A stretch of 64,000 nucleotides of DNA from Podarcis pityusensis (taxonomy: Eukaryota). The translations under genes were made by a program, and so were the position numbers. The DNA lies in assembly GCA_964106645.2 (NCBI GenBank), contig OZ067044.1. One strand, written 5' to 3'. A model generated the notes under the pieces. The model was not told the DNA's origin. It saw only the letters and a list, made by a program, of their open reading frames with translations, and did not search any database. Shown here in pieces: positions 1-12,829 of the stretch; position 1 is the first letter of the stretch, and the number at the start of each line of letters is the position of its first letter.

Positions 1-2067
1 GAGGTCTGACGAAGGCTCTACAGGAGCTGAGATGCTGCTAAGGTCTGAGAGGATTGCAGGGATGGTGTCAGCCAGCACCACAGTCAGAGTGGCTGAAGCA
101 GAGAGAGGTGGCTGCCCATTGTCCTTCACTAAAACCACCAGGCTTTGCTTGAGAGCATCTTTCTCCAGAAAGAAGCGGGCCGTCCTGATCTCTCCCGTGT
201 GGAGCCCCAGAGTGAAGAGCCCCGGCTCGGTGGCCTTGATCAGCTGGTAGGAGAGCCAGGCATTCTGGCCAGAGTCCACATCCACGGCCACCACCTTAGT
301 GACCAGGTAGCCTGGCTCAGAGGAGCGAGGGGCCAGCTCTATCCCTGTGGAACCATCAGTGGGAGGGGAGGGGTACAGGATTTGGGGAGCATTGTCATTC
401 TGGTCCAGGATGAAGAGAGTCACTGAGACATTGGAGCTGAGTGGTGGAGAACCTCCATCCTGAGCCTTTACACGGAATCTAATGTCTCGAAAGTCTTCAT
501 AATCAAAGGAGGTCAGAGCATATATAACCCCCGTCTCAGAGTTAATGGAGAGGTAGGAGGAGAGGCGGGAGTCACTTCTTTGGTCATCAGTGATGGAATA
601 TGTTATTCTGGCATTTTCTTCCCAGTCAAGATCATTTGCTCTTATAGAAGAGACCATCGCTCCTCTTTGGTTATTCTCAACAAAATAGAAAGTATAGTCT
701 GTTTTTTCAAAGAGGGGTGGGTTGTCATTTGTGTCTAAAACATGAAGTGTGATAACTGTGACTGCAGAAAGAGGGGGGACTCCATGGTCAGTAACTGTGA
801 CAGTAATATTGAAGACTGACACCTGTTCCCTGTCAAGGGCACCATCAGTCACCAAACTGTAAAATTTATCCATGGACTTCTTTAGCTGGAAAGGGAGGTT
901 GCTAGGGATTGAACATGTGATTTCCCCATTGATTCCTGAATCTCGGTCTTGGACATTTAAAATGGCAATTACCGATTGGGACGGTGAGCTTTCAAGTATG
1001 GTGTTGGTGGCAAAGGTAACTGATAATTCAGGTGCATTGTCATTCAGATCCGTAACTGATATCACAACTTTTGATCTGTCACTCAGGCCTCCTCCATCTT
1101 TGGCTTGTATCTCAAATGCATATAAAGATGATTCCTCATAATCAAGATTCCCAATAAGGATGATTTCACCTGTTGTGGAATTTAACAGAAACATTTGGGT
1201 GTCTTGCTTTGTAATTTCTTGGAAAGAGTATTTAATGTCTCCATTGATTCCTTCATCCATATCAGTTGCTCTCACTGTCAAAAGTATGGACCACTTGGGA
1301 ATATTCTCATTGATACTCACTTCATAGAGAGGTTGGCTGAAAACTGGTGCATTGTCATTTGCATCAATAACAACAATGTGGATTTGTAATGTGCCAGACC
1401 TGATAGGATCACCTCCATCAGTAGCTGTGAGAAGGAAATCGTAAGCTGATTCTTCCTCTCTGTCCAGTGACTTTTCCAACACAAGTTCAACAAGTCTGGC
1501 ACCATTTTCTTCTGTTTGCACATGCAAAGCAAAATGGCTACTGCCTGTGAGTTGATAGCTCTGCACGGAATTTATCCCCCAATCTGGATCTTGAGCTTTG
1601 GGTAGAGGGATCTGGAATCCAGGTATAGATGCCTCACTGATTTTCAGCTCCTGTTCCCATAGAGGGAAGTGGGGAGCATTATCATTTATATCTGTAATTT
1701 CCACTTCAATTCCATAAAGCTTCAGTTTGCTTTCAACAAGAACCTGAAACTTTAACATACATTTCTCTGCCTCTCTGCAGATTTTCTCTCTATCTATTCT
1801 CTCAGATATTTGCAAATGGCCATTGTTGGCATTCAAAGAAAAGTACTGAATCATACCTACAGGGTAAACAATGCGGAGTCCATGGTCTGGGAGCTGCTTG
1901 CCATCCATTCCCAGGTCCTTTGCAACATTCCCCACGGAAGAGCCTTTGTGCAACTCTTCTGGAATGGAGTAGTGGATCTGCCCAGAAACTGCCTTCCAAG
2001 AAAACATCATGAAAAGGCACTGGAAGATTCCCTTTCTGCAATTCCACAGCCTCTGAGTTCCTTCCAT
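1..2067 (-). CDS. PCDHGA: Protocadherin gamma-A-type variable exon (5' part; runs off the window start just before the TM)
   Basis: ATG at 2067 ([13 protein letters not shown]). Colinear with no net indel against the intact paralog at 39674-42097 (position 1 corresponds to 40031). Absent from the ORF track only because its stop lies outside the window. Symbol is subfamily level only. Confidence 0.9.
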   Translation of the reverse strand, partial: MEGTQRLWNCRKGIFQCLFMMFSWKAVSGQIHYSIPEELHKGSSVGNVAKDLGMDGKQLPDHGLRIVYPVGMIQYFSLNANNGHLQISERIDREKICREAEKCMLKFQVLVESKLKLYGIEVEITDINDNAPHFPLWEQELKISEASIPGFQIPLPKAQDPDWGINSVQSYQLTGSSHFALHVQTEENGARLVELVLEKSLDREEESAYDFLLTATDGGDPIRSGTLQIHIVVIDANDNAPVFSQPLYEVSINENIPKWSILLTVRATDMDEGINGDIKYSFQEITKQDTQMFLLNSTTGEIILIGNLDYEESSLYAFEIQAKDGGGLSDRSKVVISVTDLNDNAPELSVTFATNTILESSPSQSVIAILNVQDRDSGINGEITCSIPSNLPFQLKKSMDKFYSLVTDGALDREQVSVFNITVTVTDHGVPPLSAVTVITLHVLDTNDNPPLFEKTDYTFYFVENNQRGAMVSSIRANDLDWEENARITYSITDDQRSDSRLSSYLSINSETGVIYALTSFDYEDFRDIRFRVKAQDGGSPPLSSNVSVTLFILDQNDNAPQILYPSPPTDGSTGIELAPRSSEPGYLVTKVVAVDVDSGQNAWLSYQLIKATEPGLFTLGLHTGEIRTARFFLEKDALKQSLVVLVKDNGQPPLSASATLTVVLADTIPAILSDLSSISAPVEPSSDL

Positions 2068-2252
2068 CCTTGCAGCAGGTGAAAGGCTCTTATGTTCTGG
2101 TTCAAATGATGCTGTATCCAATTTTTTTAAGAAAAATGCACTTCCATTTCTTCTTTACACTGACAAGCAGCTTGTTCCTTCAGATATTTTGTGCTTATGT
2201 TTAACGGAAAGGCAACTTCAATTGGGCAGGATTTCTCATTTCTCCTCCATTC

Positions 2253-2292
2253 TGGTGAACAGTGACACCCAGAGGATCAAGCCCAAACTGCA
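2253..2292 (-). promoter_or_regulatory. Pcdh CSE / CTCF site (CACT variant)
   Basis: Minus strand TGCAGTTTGGGCTTGATCCTCTGGGTGTCACTGTTCACCA: upstream TGCAG module plus CTCF-like core plus the CSE tail, about 190 bp upstream of the ATG. Confidence 0.85.
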
Positions 2293-4629
2293 AAAACTTC
2301 ACTTTTGAAAATTAAATAAACACCATTTCACTGTACTACTGCAGCTATAGCTAGGATAACTTTATTCTTTTCCCTTAGAATTTACCCACTAAGGATAAAT
2401 AAGAGTGACAACTTTTGTTGCTGTAATCAAATTGAAAAGGAGCAGGAAAGACAAGTGTGTTTAGGGTTCCTGCCCTACCCCATTACTGGAAATTCTGGAA
2501 TAAATGTTATGGATCTTTCTCAGCAATGTTTTCGGCTGGCTTTTCTAAGGAAATATTCAATAGATTTTTTCTTGATGGAGAAACAACACTAGTAAACCAC
2601 AGTACATCCTTGTTACCTCTGGCACTTCACTCCTCTCAGCTCCTATTTGTAAATTCACATCTCTAGGCTGTTCATCTTCAAATTGAATTTTTATTTTTAG
2701 GAACGTGTTACATAAGCCCTACTTGGGCATACACTGTCCGTACATGAGCAAACACCCGAGGAGAAATATGGAGTGCTTCTTAGTTCTTTCCTGTCCAGCA
2801 TTTCATCTGTACACAATCTAGATCCCTCCATGAATTTGAGGACCAAGGTGTGAGGTGGGGAGCTTACTCTACTTGTAGGGGCCCCACACATGATTTAGAA
2901 TTTTGCACCATCATGTTTTCTTTGCTTACACTTGAGGAGATTGTTCAAATAAGGCTGTACTGGGTAGGAGATGCACATCATGAATGCCCCAGTTCAAATC
3001 AAACTTCAACCATGAGCTCATTAGTTGTCCTTGGGCAAGACTCCCTTCCTCCTCTCTCTCTGGTTGAGTTCACACAGCAGTTTCCTCCATTTTCCTGATG
3101 TTTCCCTAACTATTAATTTCTGCATCATATTCAAGTTTTCACATGGCATGAAAGCCACTTCATTTCCATGTTATTTAATAGCAGAAAAAATCCATTTGCT
3201 GCTCCCTTAAACCGGAAAATAGCAGGAGTAAAGTGATGAAATTTGGGGCCGTATACATGGAGGAATGAATACATGCACAGCTATGAGTGGAATAGTGGCA
3301 TTGTTATCCAATGATGTTCATTGTTGCATCACACCACACACACTGGTGTGAATGAAATTTAGTGGAACACGATATATTGCTCATATATTGATATGCTGAT
3401 ATATTGGTCAAAAATAAACACATAACACAACTGGTACTGCAGTGTGAAAGGATCACTGGAAAACAGAATAGAAGCACTAGCGTTCTAGTCAGGAAAACTA
3501 ATGCAATACTTGCCACATCTAAATGCATCCTCTCTCCATCTCATCCACAACATGAGGAAAATAATGCTGATCTATCTTTCTGGGTTATTGAAGAGTTACA
3601 AGGGAATGTATATCAACCATTTTCTGCACCAAAGTGCTCTATAAAAACCAAGTATGACTGTAAAGTGCAAAGAAGGCCATGTCCTCCTTAATTTATTGCT
3701 CACATTGTGCCTAGAAGAAAATAAAGCCAAGACGAATGCTATTAAAGCCAATTATTATTACCACACCACTTCACATTACAGAGATAAAAAGAAGCAGGAA
3801 GAGATTGGTGGCACATGCAATGGGGTGGAGCTGTGGAGTGACCCTCCAACACTAGTGTTGTTGCTGGGACTTACCTGGTCAGGGCTGGGCTGACACAACT
3901 GTGTGGTTGGGGCTGGGCAGGTGCACCAGCAGCCATGCTAGATGTTCCCACAGTTAAAAGCACATGACTCCAGCCTCACTGCTGCCCCATCCAGGTAGGC
4001 AACTGTGCGTGGGGGTGGGGGGTGAATTTACCAGCTGCCCACCACCATGCATGTCACTACTGTAGGAGGATAACTTTCAATGGCAGTTTATGCGCTCATG
4101 TATGACAAGCAGGGGTAGATGGTTCTCAGTCATCTTTCTTGGAGATCTTGATGCTCTTCTGCTTCTTGTTCTACAAAATCAGCAGGACTCCTAAAACTGC
4201 TATACTGAATTTGCTGAATGCTTTCCCCCAGAAGACAGAAAATCAAGCATCCAGTCCACTAAGCAATGCCATAAAAGTTTCTTTAAAAATTAGTCTTATG
4301 ACTCAATAGACATTTGTCACCTATGTTACTACAGCATGGAAGCATGACTGGAGATGGTATAGGGTAGAAATACTAGCCACATGCACACTCACCTACATCC
4401 ATACTGTTGGCCACAACTGTTCCAACTGGTCATAATTTCTAATCATACATTGCAAATGCTCTTAGCTGTTCTGACTGTTAAGCAAAGGGGGAAGGAGATT
4501 TTGGGTTCATGATGCACACATATTTGGGTCGGTATATAGGTCAGTACAGGGACCACTGTTTTTCCCTATTGCTCATTGCCTGTGTTTTGTCTTTCTAGTA
4601 TATGCTTTTGGAGATGGGGGATTGATGCA

Positions 4630-5090
4630 TTTTATTTATTTATTTATTTATTTAAAATAATTATATAGTCCCTGTCCCACACTCAAAGAGTATCTAGGTT
4701 GTGTATAATATTAATTTAAGACCATATAAGCACCAGTTCAATGCAATAATACGCATAATAAAGTACAGTATATAATACTGTTGTCAGCAACTTAGTGGAG
4801 TTGAACACCAATGGCCAGCAAATACTTGGTCACATAGATACGTCTTTAAATGTTGATGAAAACACTGCACTGTACATTACTATTGAATTCAAAAGGGCAG
4901 ACTGTTCCACCACAGAGAATGCCATCCTCATGATTCCAGAGTATGTACTGATACAGGTAATGAGACCACCAGGAATGCCTCCACTGAAGATCTTGGTGAA
5001 CAGATGAATTGATATGAGAACAAGCATGATCTTGAACAATCTTGTGCTAAGTTGTTTTAGAAAGGATGAGGTAACATGTTGGAGAATTTA
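4630..5090 (-). mobile_element. Degenerate L2-like LINE 3' fragment (second copy at about 18320-18780)
   Basis: (TTTA)n tail at 4630 and a minus-strand 'AFSVV..LLNS' remnant resembling the L2 RAFSVxxPxLWNSLP motif. Confidence 0.4.
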
Positions 5091-5121
5091 GGAGTGCTTC
5101 ATTAATCTTTTGTGATATATT

Positions 5122-5284
5122 GGGACAGTCTCCTTTGGGAAGTTGTGGACTCTCCTTCCTTGGAGGTTTTTTTTAGCAGAGGTTGGATGGCCATCTGCCA
5201 TGGATGCTCTAGCTGAGATTCCTGCATTGCAGGGGGTTGGACCAGATGACCCTTGGGTCCCTTGCAACTCTATGATTCCATGAG
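5122..5284 (+). mobile_element. CR1 LINE 3' end fragment
   Basis: Typical CR1 3' sequence: tctccttccttggaggtttt...ggttggaccagatgacc...caactctatgattccatga. Confidence 0.8.
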
Positions 5285-6318
5285 AGACAGACTGCTTGCT
5301 CCACTCATTGATCAAACAAAGGCTGTGCATGAGCTCTATTCATTCTGCAACCAGGAATAACCAGTCACAGGACCTGAGGAGTGTTTTACAACTGACAGCT
5401 TCCATCAATGCTTCACCATAACATACACTGTGCTTTTCCAATCAGACCCAACTGTGTATGAGTTTTAATTTGTTTTAATCTATTCTGCTGTGATTTAAAC
5501 TTTCTGTGTGCTTTAAATTATGGTTGTCATTTTTAAATATTATTTTTATTCATTTTTAATAATATAACAGTTTAACAATGTAGAACATTTATATATGCTC
5601 AATCTGAAAAATACAAAAACACAGATCTCCATTGTTCGTATAAAACTTTCTTATCTCAAACCACAAAATAGGCATTTTGTTCTGCCTTCAACCCTTTAAT
5701 GTTCAATTTCCCTTCCCTTCTTCTTGAAGCCAAAAAGCAGCTCACACATTGAATGTAAATTATCACCAGCTGATGGACAAATCTCCCTCGGTTATAAATT
5801 ATAACTGTCCCAAAAATAATTAAGAAAGGGAGGCTTTTGCAGATCCCATACCCATCACGGCTCTTTCATGGCTTTGGCGCAAGATGTAAATTCCTCAGCT
5901 CTCAAGTTGCTTAACCCCCATCCAAGTTCCTAGGAGCTGACTGCTTCTTGGTCTCTTGAACACAGAAAACAGCTTTTTCAAAGCACCAGAGATTAATCTC
6001 TTGTTCACTCTTTTTTCCAAAATGAATATGGGAACCAAGACTTATGTCTGGCTATCATCAATCACCATGTAATTATCCCTGCTGGCAGACTGTCAACAAA
6101 AGATGTTCAACCCGCTATTTCCTTCCCCACGACACATAAAAAACTCCCCACAAACTCCCTAATATTTAGTTTAATAATAAGGAGAAGTTGGCCAATAAAT
6201 AGAAAATTTTCAAACTTCTTGAAGAATATACACTGTAATATTTTTTGATGTCTGTTTTTCTGGGGGTTTTTAAGACAGAACATTAAAATAGCTACATATT
6301 CAATCTTAGTCTTACTAT

Positions 6319-6364
6319 GAAGGAAGGAAGGAAGGAAGGAAGGAAGGAAGGAAGGAAGGAAGGA
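6319..6364 (+). repeat. (GGAA)n microsatellite
   Basis: Seen directly. Confidence 0.95.
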
Positions 6365-6687
6365 TAAGCACTGTCTCCACTCAAACATGCTATGCCATCC
6401 TGTGGTCCGAGATTCTCACCGTAAGTCAGCATGCAAATGTGCATCTGCATAATTCTAACTGAGGCTCCCCCCAACTTGCAATTTTGCCCTTCAACAACTG
6501 CTAGAAGGCCCATTCCATTAGCTTGATCTGCAGCAGTAGCAGCTCAGTACTACCCCATACCTACTTCCCTGGTGACATGGCATGAATTGTCTGGAGTGCC
6601 AGTTTGATAACATCCACTCTTTACAAATAAACTCTCAAACAAGTGACAACACCAAATTCCCTATAAGGAACATGAAATATAACTCAC

Positions 6688-9117
6688 CGTGCTGTCATTT
6701 TCCTTTTCAGAAATTAAATTGCCTCCACTGACCATCAAGGAAATGTCAGGGTTGCCATTGCAAAGGATGTTCTCTGCTATTTGGACAGTGGGCTGCAGGA
6801 ATGTCAACTCATTCCTCCTGGATTCAGAGGACAGACAGACCTGGTAGGAATAAGGCAAAGTTCCGTCCTCATAATTGGGTGGGAATATGGCACCAGCCTT
6901 TGAATGGGGGTCAGGAATAAAGCACTGAAGGAAAGTGGGACTCCTTGACCTTCGAAGCTTCATCAGAATGGTCAGAATCACCGTCACCAGGAACAGGAAG
7001 GACACCAAGGTCAAGGCCAATACCAAATAAAACTGTAGATCAGACTGATACTCTGAGTCATTTGGTTGGGAGTTCATTTCTGGAAGAGCCTCCTGGAAGT
7101 TCTCAGCAAACACCAGGCTCAAAGTTGTGGTGGCTGAGAGAGGAGGATGCCCATTGTCCTTCACCAGGATGACCAGCCTCTGCTTCACTGCATCTCTCTC
7201 AAGTAATGCTCGGACTGTTTGCACCTCTCCTGTGTGGGAGCCAATGCTGAAGAGTGAGGGCTCTGTGGCCTGCAGGAGATGGAAGGAGAGCCAGGCATTG
7301 TGTCCCGAATCGGAGTCCACAGCCACCACCTTCGTCACCAGATAACCCGACTCAGCTGACCGAGGCACCATCTCAAAGAAAGGGGAGCCCTCGGTTGATT
7401 GTGAGGGGTACAGGATCTGCGGAGCGTTATCATTTCGATCCAAAACACATACTGTCACTGTGGCACTGCTATTGAGTGGTGGAGAACCTCCATCTTGGGC
7501 CTTCACTTGAATCTGAAACTCTCTGAATTGCTCATAGTCAAAGGAGCGTTGGGCATAGATGATCCCAGTCTCAGAGTTAATGGAGAAATAGGAGGAGAGA
7601 GGCAGGTCCTTGATGTTGCTGTTAAGGATGGAGTAAGTGATTCTGGCATTGCGATCCAGATCTGGGTCAGAGGCTTTGATGTGGAAAATTGAAGCTCCAG
7701 ATGGGTTGTTCTCTGGAATGTAAGCAGTGTAGGAAGATTTTTCAAAGGCTGGTGGGTTATCATTGATATCTGAGATCTGTATTGATATGGATTTGTGTGT
7801 GGAGAGTGGAGGGGTGCCTTTGTCTGTGGCTGTGATTGTAATATTATACTCTGGAGTCCTTTCTCTGTCAAGGGCACCATCTATGAGGAGCTTGAAATAA
7901 TTATCTGAAGATGAAACTATCTGGAAAGGTACAAGTTCCTTCAGTTGACAGGTGACTTCTCCATTATCCCCAGAATCCCTGTCCTGAACTTTAATGAGAG
8001 CAATCACAGCTCCAGATGTGATATCTTCTGGAACTGGGCTGGACACGGATGTAAGGATCACATCCGGTGCATTGTCATTCTCATCAAGAACCTCAATCTC
8101 CACTTTGCAATGTGACGCCAACCCTCCTCCATCACTTGCCTGAATTATCATCACATAATATTGAATTTCTTCAAAATCAACACTTTCTATGAGTGTAATT
8201 GTTCCGTCTCTGGGATCCAGATGAAACTTCTGTTTGGCTGTTTTTGGGATGTCACTGAAAGTGTAAGTGATCTCAGCATATGACCCTTCATCACTGTCAG
8301 ATGCTTTGACTTGAAGCACAGAGGTTCCTTTGGGTGCACTCTCCTTCAGGCTCACTTTATAGATTGCCTGGGTGAAAACAGGGGCATTGTCATTAATATC
8401 AATAACTGTTACCAATATTTTGGCTGTTCCGGTTTTTGGAGGTTCTCCACCATCCATGGCTGTAAGGACCATGTTATGCATCTGTTCTTTTTCCCTGTCC
8501 AGTTGTTTCTGTAATATTAATTCTGCATATTTGGCACCATCATCGCCAGCTTGAATTTCTAGTTTGAAATATGGAGTTGAGCTCAACTGATAATTCTGGA
8601 GGGAGTTCATTCCGATATCATCATCTTCAGCATTTCCAAGAGTAAATCGAGTTCCCGGCAGAGTAGATTCACTAAATTTAAGCTCAATATTTTCATTCTG
8701 GAAATGTGGGGCATTATCATTGATGTCCTGGATAAAAATATTTACGTGGAAAATATTCAAAGGATTGTGTGCCACAACTTCTAATTTGAGGACACAAGTA
8801 GATGATTTACCACAAATCTCTTCCCGGTCTATCCTCTCATTCACATACAGGTTGCCACTTTGTTCATTCAAATCAAAGAATTGTTTTTCTGAAGAAATAC
8901 CAAGCTTGCGCTTTGACAGCTCTCTGACATCCAACCCCAGATCTTTAACAAGGTTCCCCACAAAGGAGCCCTGCTCTGCTTCCTCTGGAACCGAATACTG
9001 AACCTTCTCAGACACTACCTGGCAGCAGAACACAGACCAGAATATGAACAAAAACAGTACTTGCCTCTTGGTGATCTCCCTTGTTCTCTCTGCTTGCTTT
9101 ACTTCCATCACATCCAT
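6688..9117 (-). CDS. PCDHGB: Protocadherin gamma-B-type variable exon (810 codons to the splice donor; unspliced ORF reads to the stop at 6661)
   Basis: 818-aa ORF with signal peptide (RQVLFLF), six cadherin repeats (DxNDN, LDRE, AxDGG), TM and the gammaB-type GTLPYSY motif. Donor ACG|GTGAGT at 6688/6687, phase 0. Confidence 0.95.
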
Positions 9118-9348
9118 TGCATTTCCTGATTTCTTCCTTCTTTCAGTATAGTTTGCAAGAGTCCCAGTACACTTAAGTGAGATAGTACCAATACTGTTCT
9201 TTTGAGCTGATTCTTGGGAAACTGAGAGTTTTCCTTTCTTGCACAGCTTTTAAAATAAAAGCTTTTCCTTTCTGCTCAGCTGATGTGTTAAGAGAGAGAG
9301 AGACTGCTCCAAGAGTCTCAGAAATGCTGAGCCATGGCTGCTCCCACG

Positions 9349-9390
9349 TTGTCCAACAGTGACACTCTGAGTCCACATGGGGAACTGTAT
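9349..9390 (-). promoter_or_regulatory. Pcdh CSE / CTCF site (CACT variant)
   Basis: Minus strand TACAGTTCCCCATGTGGACTCAGAGTGTCACTGTTGGACAA, about 230 bp upstream of the ATG. Confidence 0.82.
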
Positions 9391-12300
9391 TTGCCATTTC
9401 AATAATGGTACATAGTATATAATTTCTAATGTAGAGAACTGCTTTTAATTTACCCTTTACCATTGTTTTCAAGTTGTACCCCCCCCCCCCAATGGATTGT
9501 TGATCAGACCTTATACTTATTCACTCCATTAAGAGCTCTTTTCAGTATGCGGGTCAATGAGACCAGAGTTCCAAACTTCTTTCTTCCATGTTTAATGTGC
9601 ATTAAAAAAATCTAAATAATATTAGGAAATTATCACAAGTGAATTTTTAATATGTATTCCCGTCAGAGGTTCAGCTTGTGATAATTTTACGTTGACCCAC
9701 ACAGTGATGTGTTTTCAGCCAGTACATTTAAACAAAATATATTTGTGAATAGGAAAATAGGGATGGGCCTTATACTAGTTCATATTTATTTTCCATTTAG
9801 CCCTGTATTGTTTACTTCAACAGGCGGAGCCTTTCTCTACTACTGATTAGAGAGGTGCTCAAAGGCAACTTCCAGTGTAATATTTTAAAATATAGTTATA
9901 TTTTGTTAAATCATGTGCTACTTTGCAATGCCTTGGGCTTGAAAAAGAAATCAATACTGCATTTGTTTTGCAAGATATTTTTATATGATGCTTAATGTGA
10001 TCATCCAGTAATCTCCTGTCAAGAAGAGATGATATGTTTTTGCTACAATTTGAGGGCAGTAGTTGTGGGTGAGGAATATATATTTTCTACATCTTCTAAA
10101 TTGGAAAGGTTTCCATAGGTAGACAAATGGTAGTATCCAGTTGGTTCAATTCAAAAGCCGTTCTTACTTTCTTTTTTTTAGCTTTCCTTGAAATCCCCAA
10201 CCCGAACAACTCAAGAGTTTTTCTGAGAACATAAAAAGTATGTATTAGGAAAGTGCAGACCTGTCAGTTTCAGTTCTCTCTGTTTCTCTGTTTTCTAGTC
10301 TTAAATTCAGTTCTTGACATCTCTTCAGCAATTTGTGGTTTAAAAAGAAGCAACCTGGTGAAAATTAGGCAGAATACTATTTCCCAGGGAAAGCTCACGA
10401 GCTGGATTTTACTTGAGCTGTCAGCAAACAACTACTGTATTCTCTATAGTTGGTGGATGGACTATTGTGGGATATTTGCTCAAGGTGGGATGGAAAGTCT
10501 CCTCACAGCCAGACTCCTGCCAGGCAGAGCCTGGCCACATCAATTATACCACTGTGTATTCACTTCTGTCCTCATGGAACACCTGTCATCCCATGATGAT
10601 TGCTGTTCTACCATGCATAGTTCTCTTCATACAAACAATCAGCAACACAGAGTGGGAGACGGTGCTGATTTCCCCCCTACATCATACACAAGAAGGGACA
10701 TGTGAGACAAGTATTTTATGTATGATGCCTTCTTTAAGGAAATGTCCCCCTTTTTCAGAAGGCAAGAATTATGCAAATAAACCCATGGCATGCATAGTCC
10801 TCACAGTGGAGGATCTGCAACACACTTTTCCTTACGTTCATGTTGGAAAGGATGGGACAAAATCTTTTCATTGCAACTTTCATCACCAGCATAGACGATG
10901 TGCCCTTAAGATACCTAAGATGAATGTTGGCTAAATTCATTGCCCTCTGAAACAATTAACTTGCTGCTGCTCTCTGCTGCCGACACTATATATATAATAG
11001 GAAAGGTAAAGATCTACTGTTGAATATGTTTCCTATTCTGTATGGAAAGAGTCAACAAGGTTTCCCTTAGGACCTGGACTAAAACAAGTTGCACTATTTA
11101 TAAAACAAATTATGTTTAATAACTATTAAGAGTACAATATATTACATTATCTGCAATGTGCCTTGTATCCATAGTACAAAAATCTCTACGTGTGTGCATT
11201 ATTCTTTTAAATATTTTCTTTTTGTAACAGAAAAAACATTGAAAGCCCAAAACAAACAGATGTGCATTTTATTAATGTGATCAAGAGGATTTACCACTTG
11301 CATTTACAATAATGAAAAGTAACTACTGTTAGCACTATTTTTGTCTGGTGTTCCAATAATCTCTAAATAATTCCCACTTGCTCTTAAACGTCAAACAATT
11401 TTGTGGGAATCCAAGCATCCTCCCAGCATACTTTTCATTGTCCAATTCACACATTAGTAGAACTTCAGGATAGTCCTTCTAGGACATTGTCAGAAATGGT
11501 CACACAAAAAACTTCCCCAAATTTCAGCTAGTTACCATTCATTGTTTTCCTTACAGGAACAGCAACAAAAAAACCCCCACATGCCTCATAAAATGTCCCC
11601 CAAATGCATCAATTCTTGCCACTGTAGTGTGTTTACAACTCCAACCATGACAGCATATTTTTAATAGAAAAATACAAGCGACATGTCACCAAAGAGCACT
11701 GGAATCAAAACAGCTTACAGTCATGTGACAGAGGAGTAAATAAACTTGCAGTCACACTTCCAGTGTGGCACCCATTGTAGCAGTGTGGAACTACCTAGAA
11801 GAACACACCTTCGGCTGAAGCTGTTTTCATTCATATTACAGGGAGAAGGCAACACACGACACCTTCTCTGGGGTTCAAAATTCTACTCCTACCTTACACT
11901 GGAAATCTCATTAAAATAAAAAATACCCCCCCACCCCGTTTGTGTGTTGCTGCTGTAGTTCAATAGCAGATGAAGATTGCAAATTACAACGAGCATTATG
12001 CAACCAATCTTACAATACAATTGCTTGTAAATTTCTTCCCAGTGTCCCCTCACCATTAAATCTCCTCATTTCATCATGCTAAAATATACCAACAGCCAAA
12101 ATAACTCAGCCAATAAAAGGGTTAAGTAAATTCATTATTACTTTAAAAAAAATAAGTCTTGTAGCAATGAGAATCTCAGTATCAGCTTACTGGTGGGCAG
12201 TTGGGTATGTAGTGGAAAGAGGTTATTGGTTGAAAGATGTGAATGAACACTTATTTGTCATAGGATACTTGGCCCTAGTTTTCACGGAGGCAGCATAACT

Positions 12301-12829
12301 ACAACTTACCAGTAGCAAGGCAGGTGAGGGCTCACATTTATATACTTATTTATTGATAGAGGTTTTTTAAACCACCCACTATTTGGAAGTGTACTAAAAA
12401 TATGAAATAAAAGCCAAATACAACATACTAAGTTAAAACAATTAAGAATGCATTAAATCAGGAACTCACCTGCTGCACATGAAAATAGGATGAGCCTAGC
12501 CTTCTCCCTATCTCCTTTACATGATAGTTTCAATATGTAGTGAACTATGTTTTTTTATAGATGTGCACAAGATTCTGTGAGCCTCCACCAGCAGTCCAAA
12601 GTAAGAGACAAAGACAGATCATCTGATGCATTAAGATTAAGATTTGTTGAAAGAAGATACTTCACAGAAGGATCACATATAAAGTAATAACTAAAAGAAG
12701 GGGGAGCTGAAAGTAATAGAAAGAAGACTGACATAGTTGTGAATATAATGAAAAAGCAGAGGCAGACGAGAAATATATTCTGATATTAGCAAAACAAAAA
12801 ATCATGTTAATCTAAAATTATTTGCTCAC

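Larger units (their letters stand above)
1..9400. repeat. Tandem segmental duplication copy 1 (gammaA exon + spacer + gammaB exon)
   Basis: Near-identical to about 13166-23100, including intergenic DNA. A more diverged third copy is at about 40031-47990. Confidence 0.92.

Noticed and set aside
32-426. Recurrent plus-strand ORFs ([10 protein letters not shown]..., [12 protein letters not shown]... and their copies)
   Set aside because: Antisense shadows of the homogenised EC6 coding sequence. They recur because the exons are paralogous, and many start at non-ATG codons.
10253-10934. 150-aa and 173-aa plus-strand ORFs
   Set aside because: No recognisable domain, non-ATG starts and no paralogous conservation. 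Probably chance ORFs.
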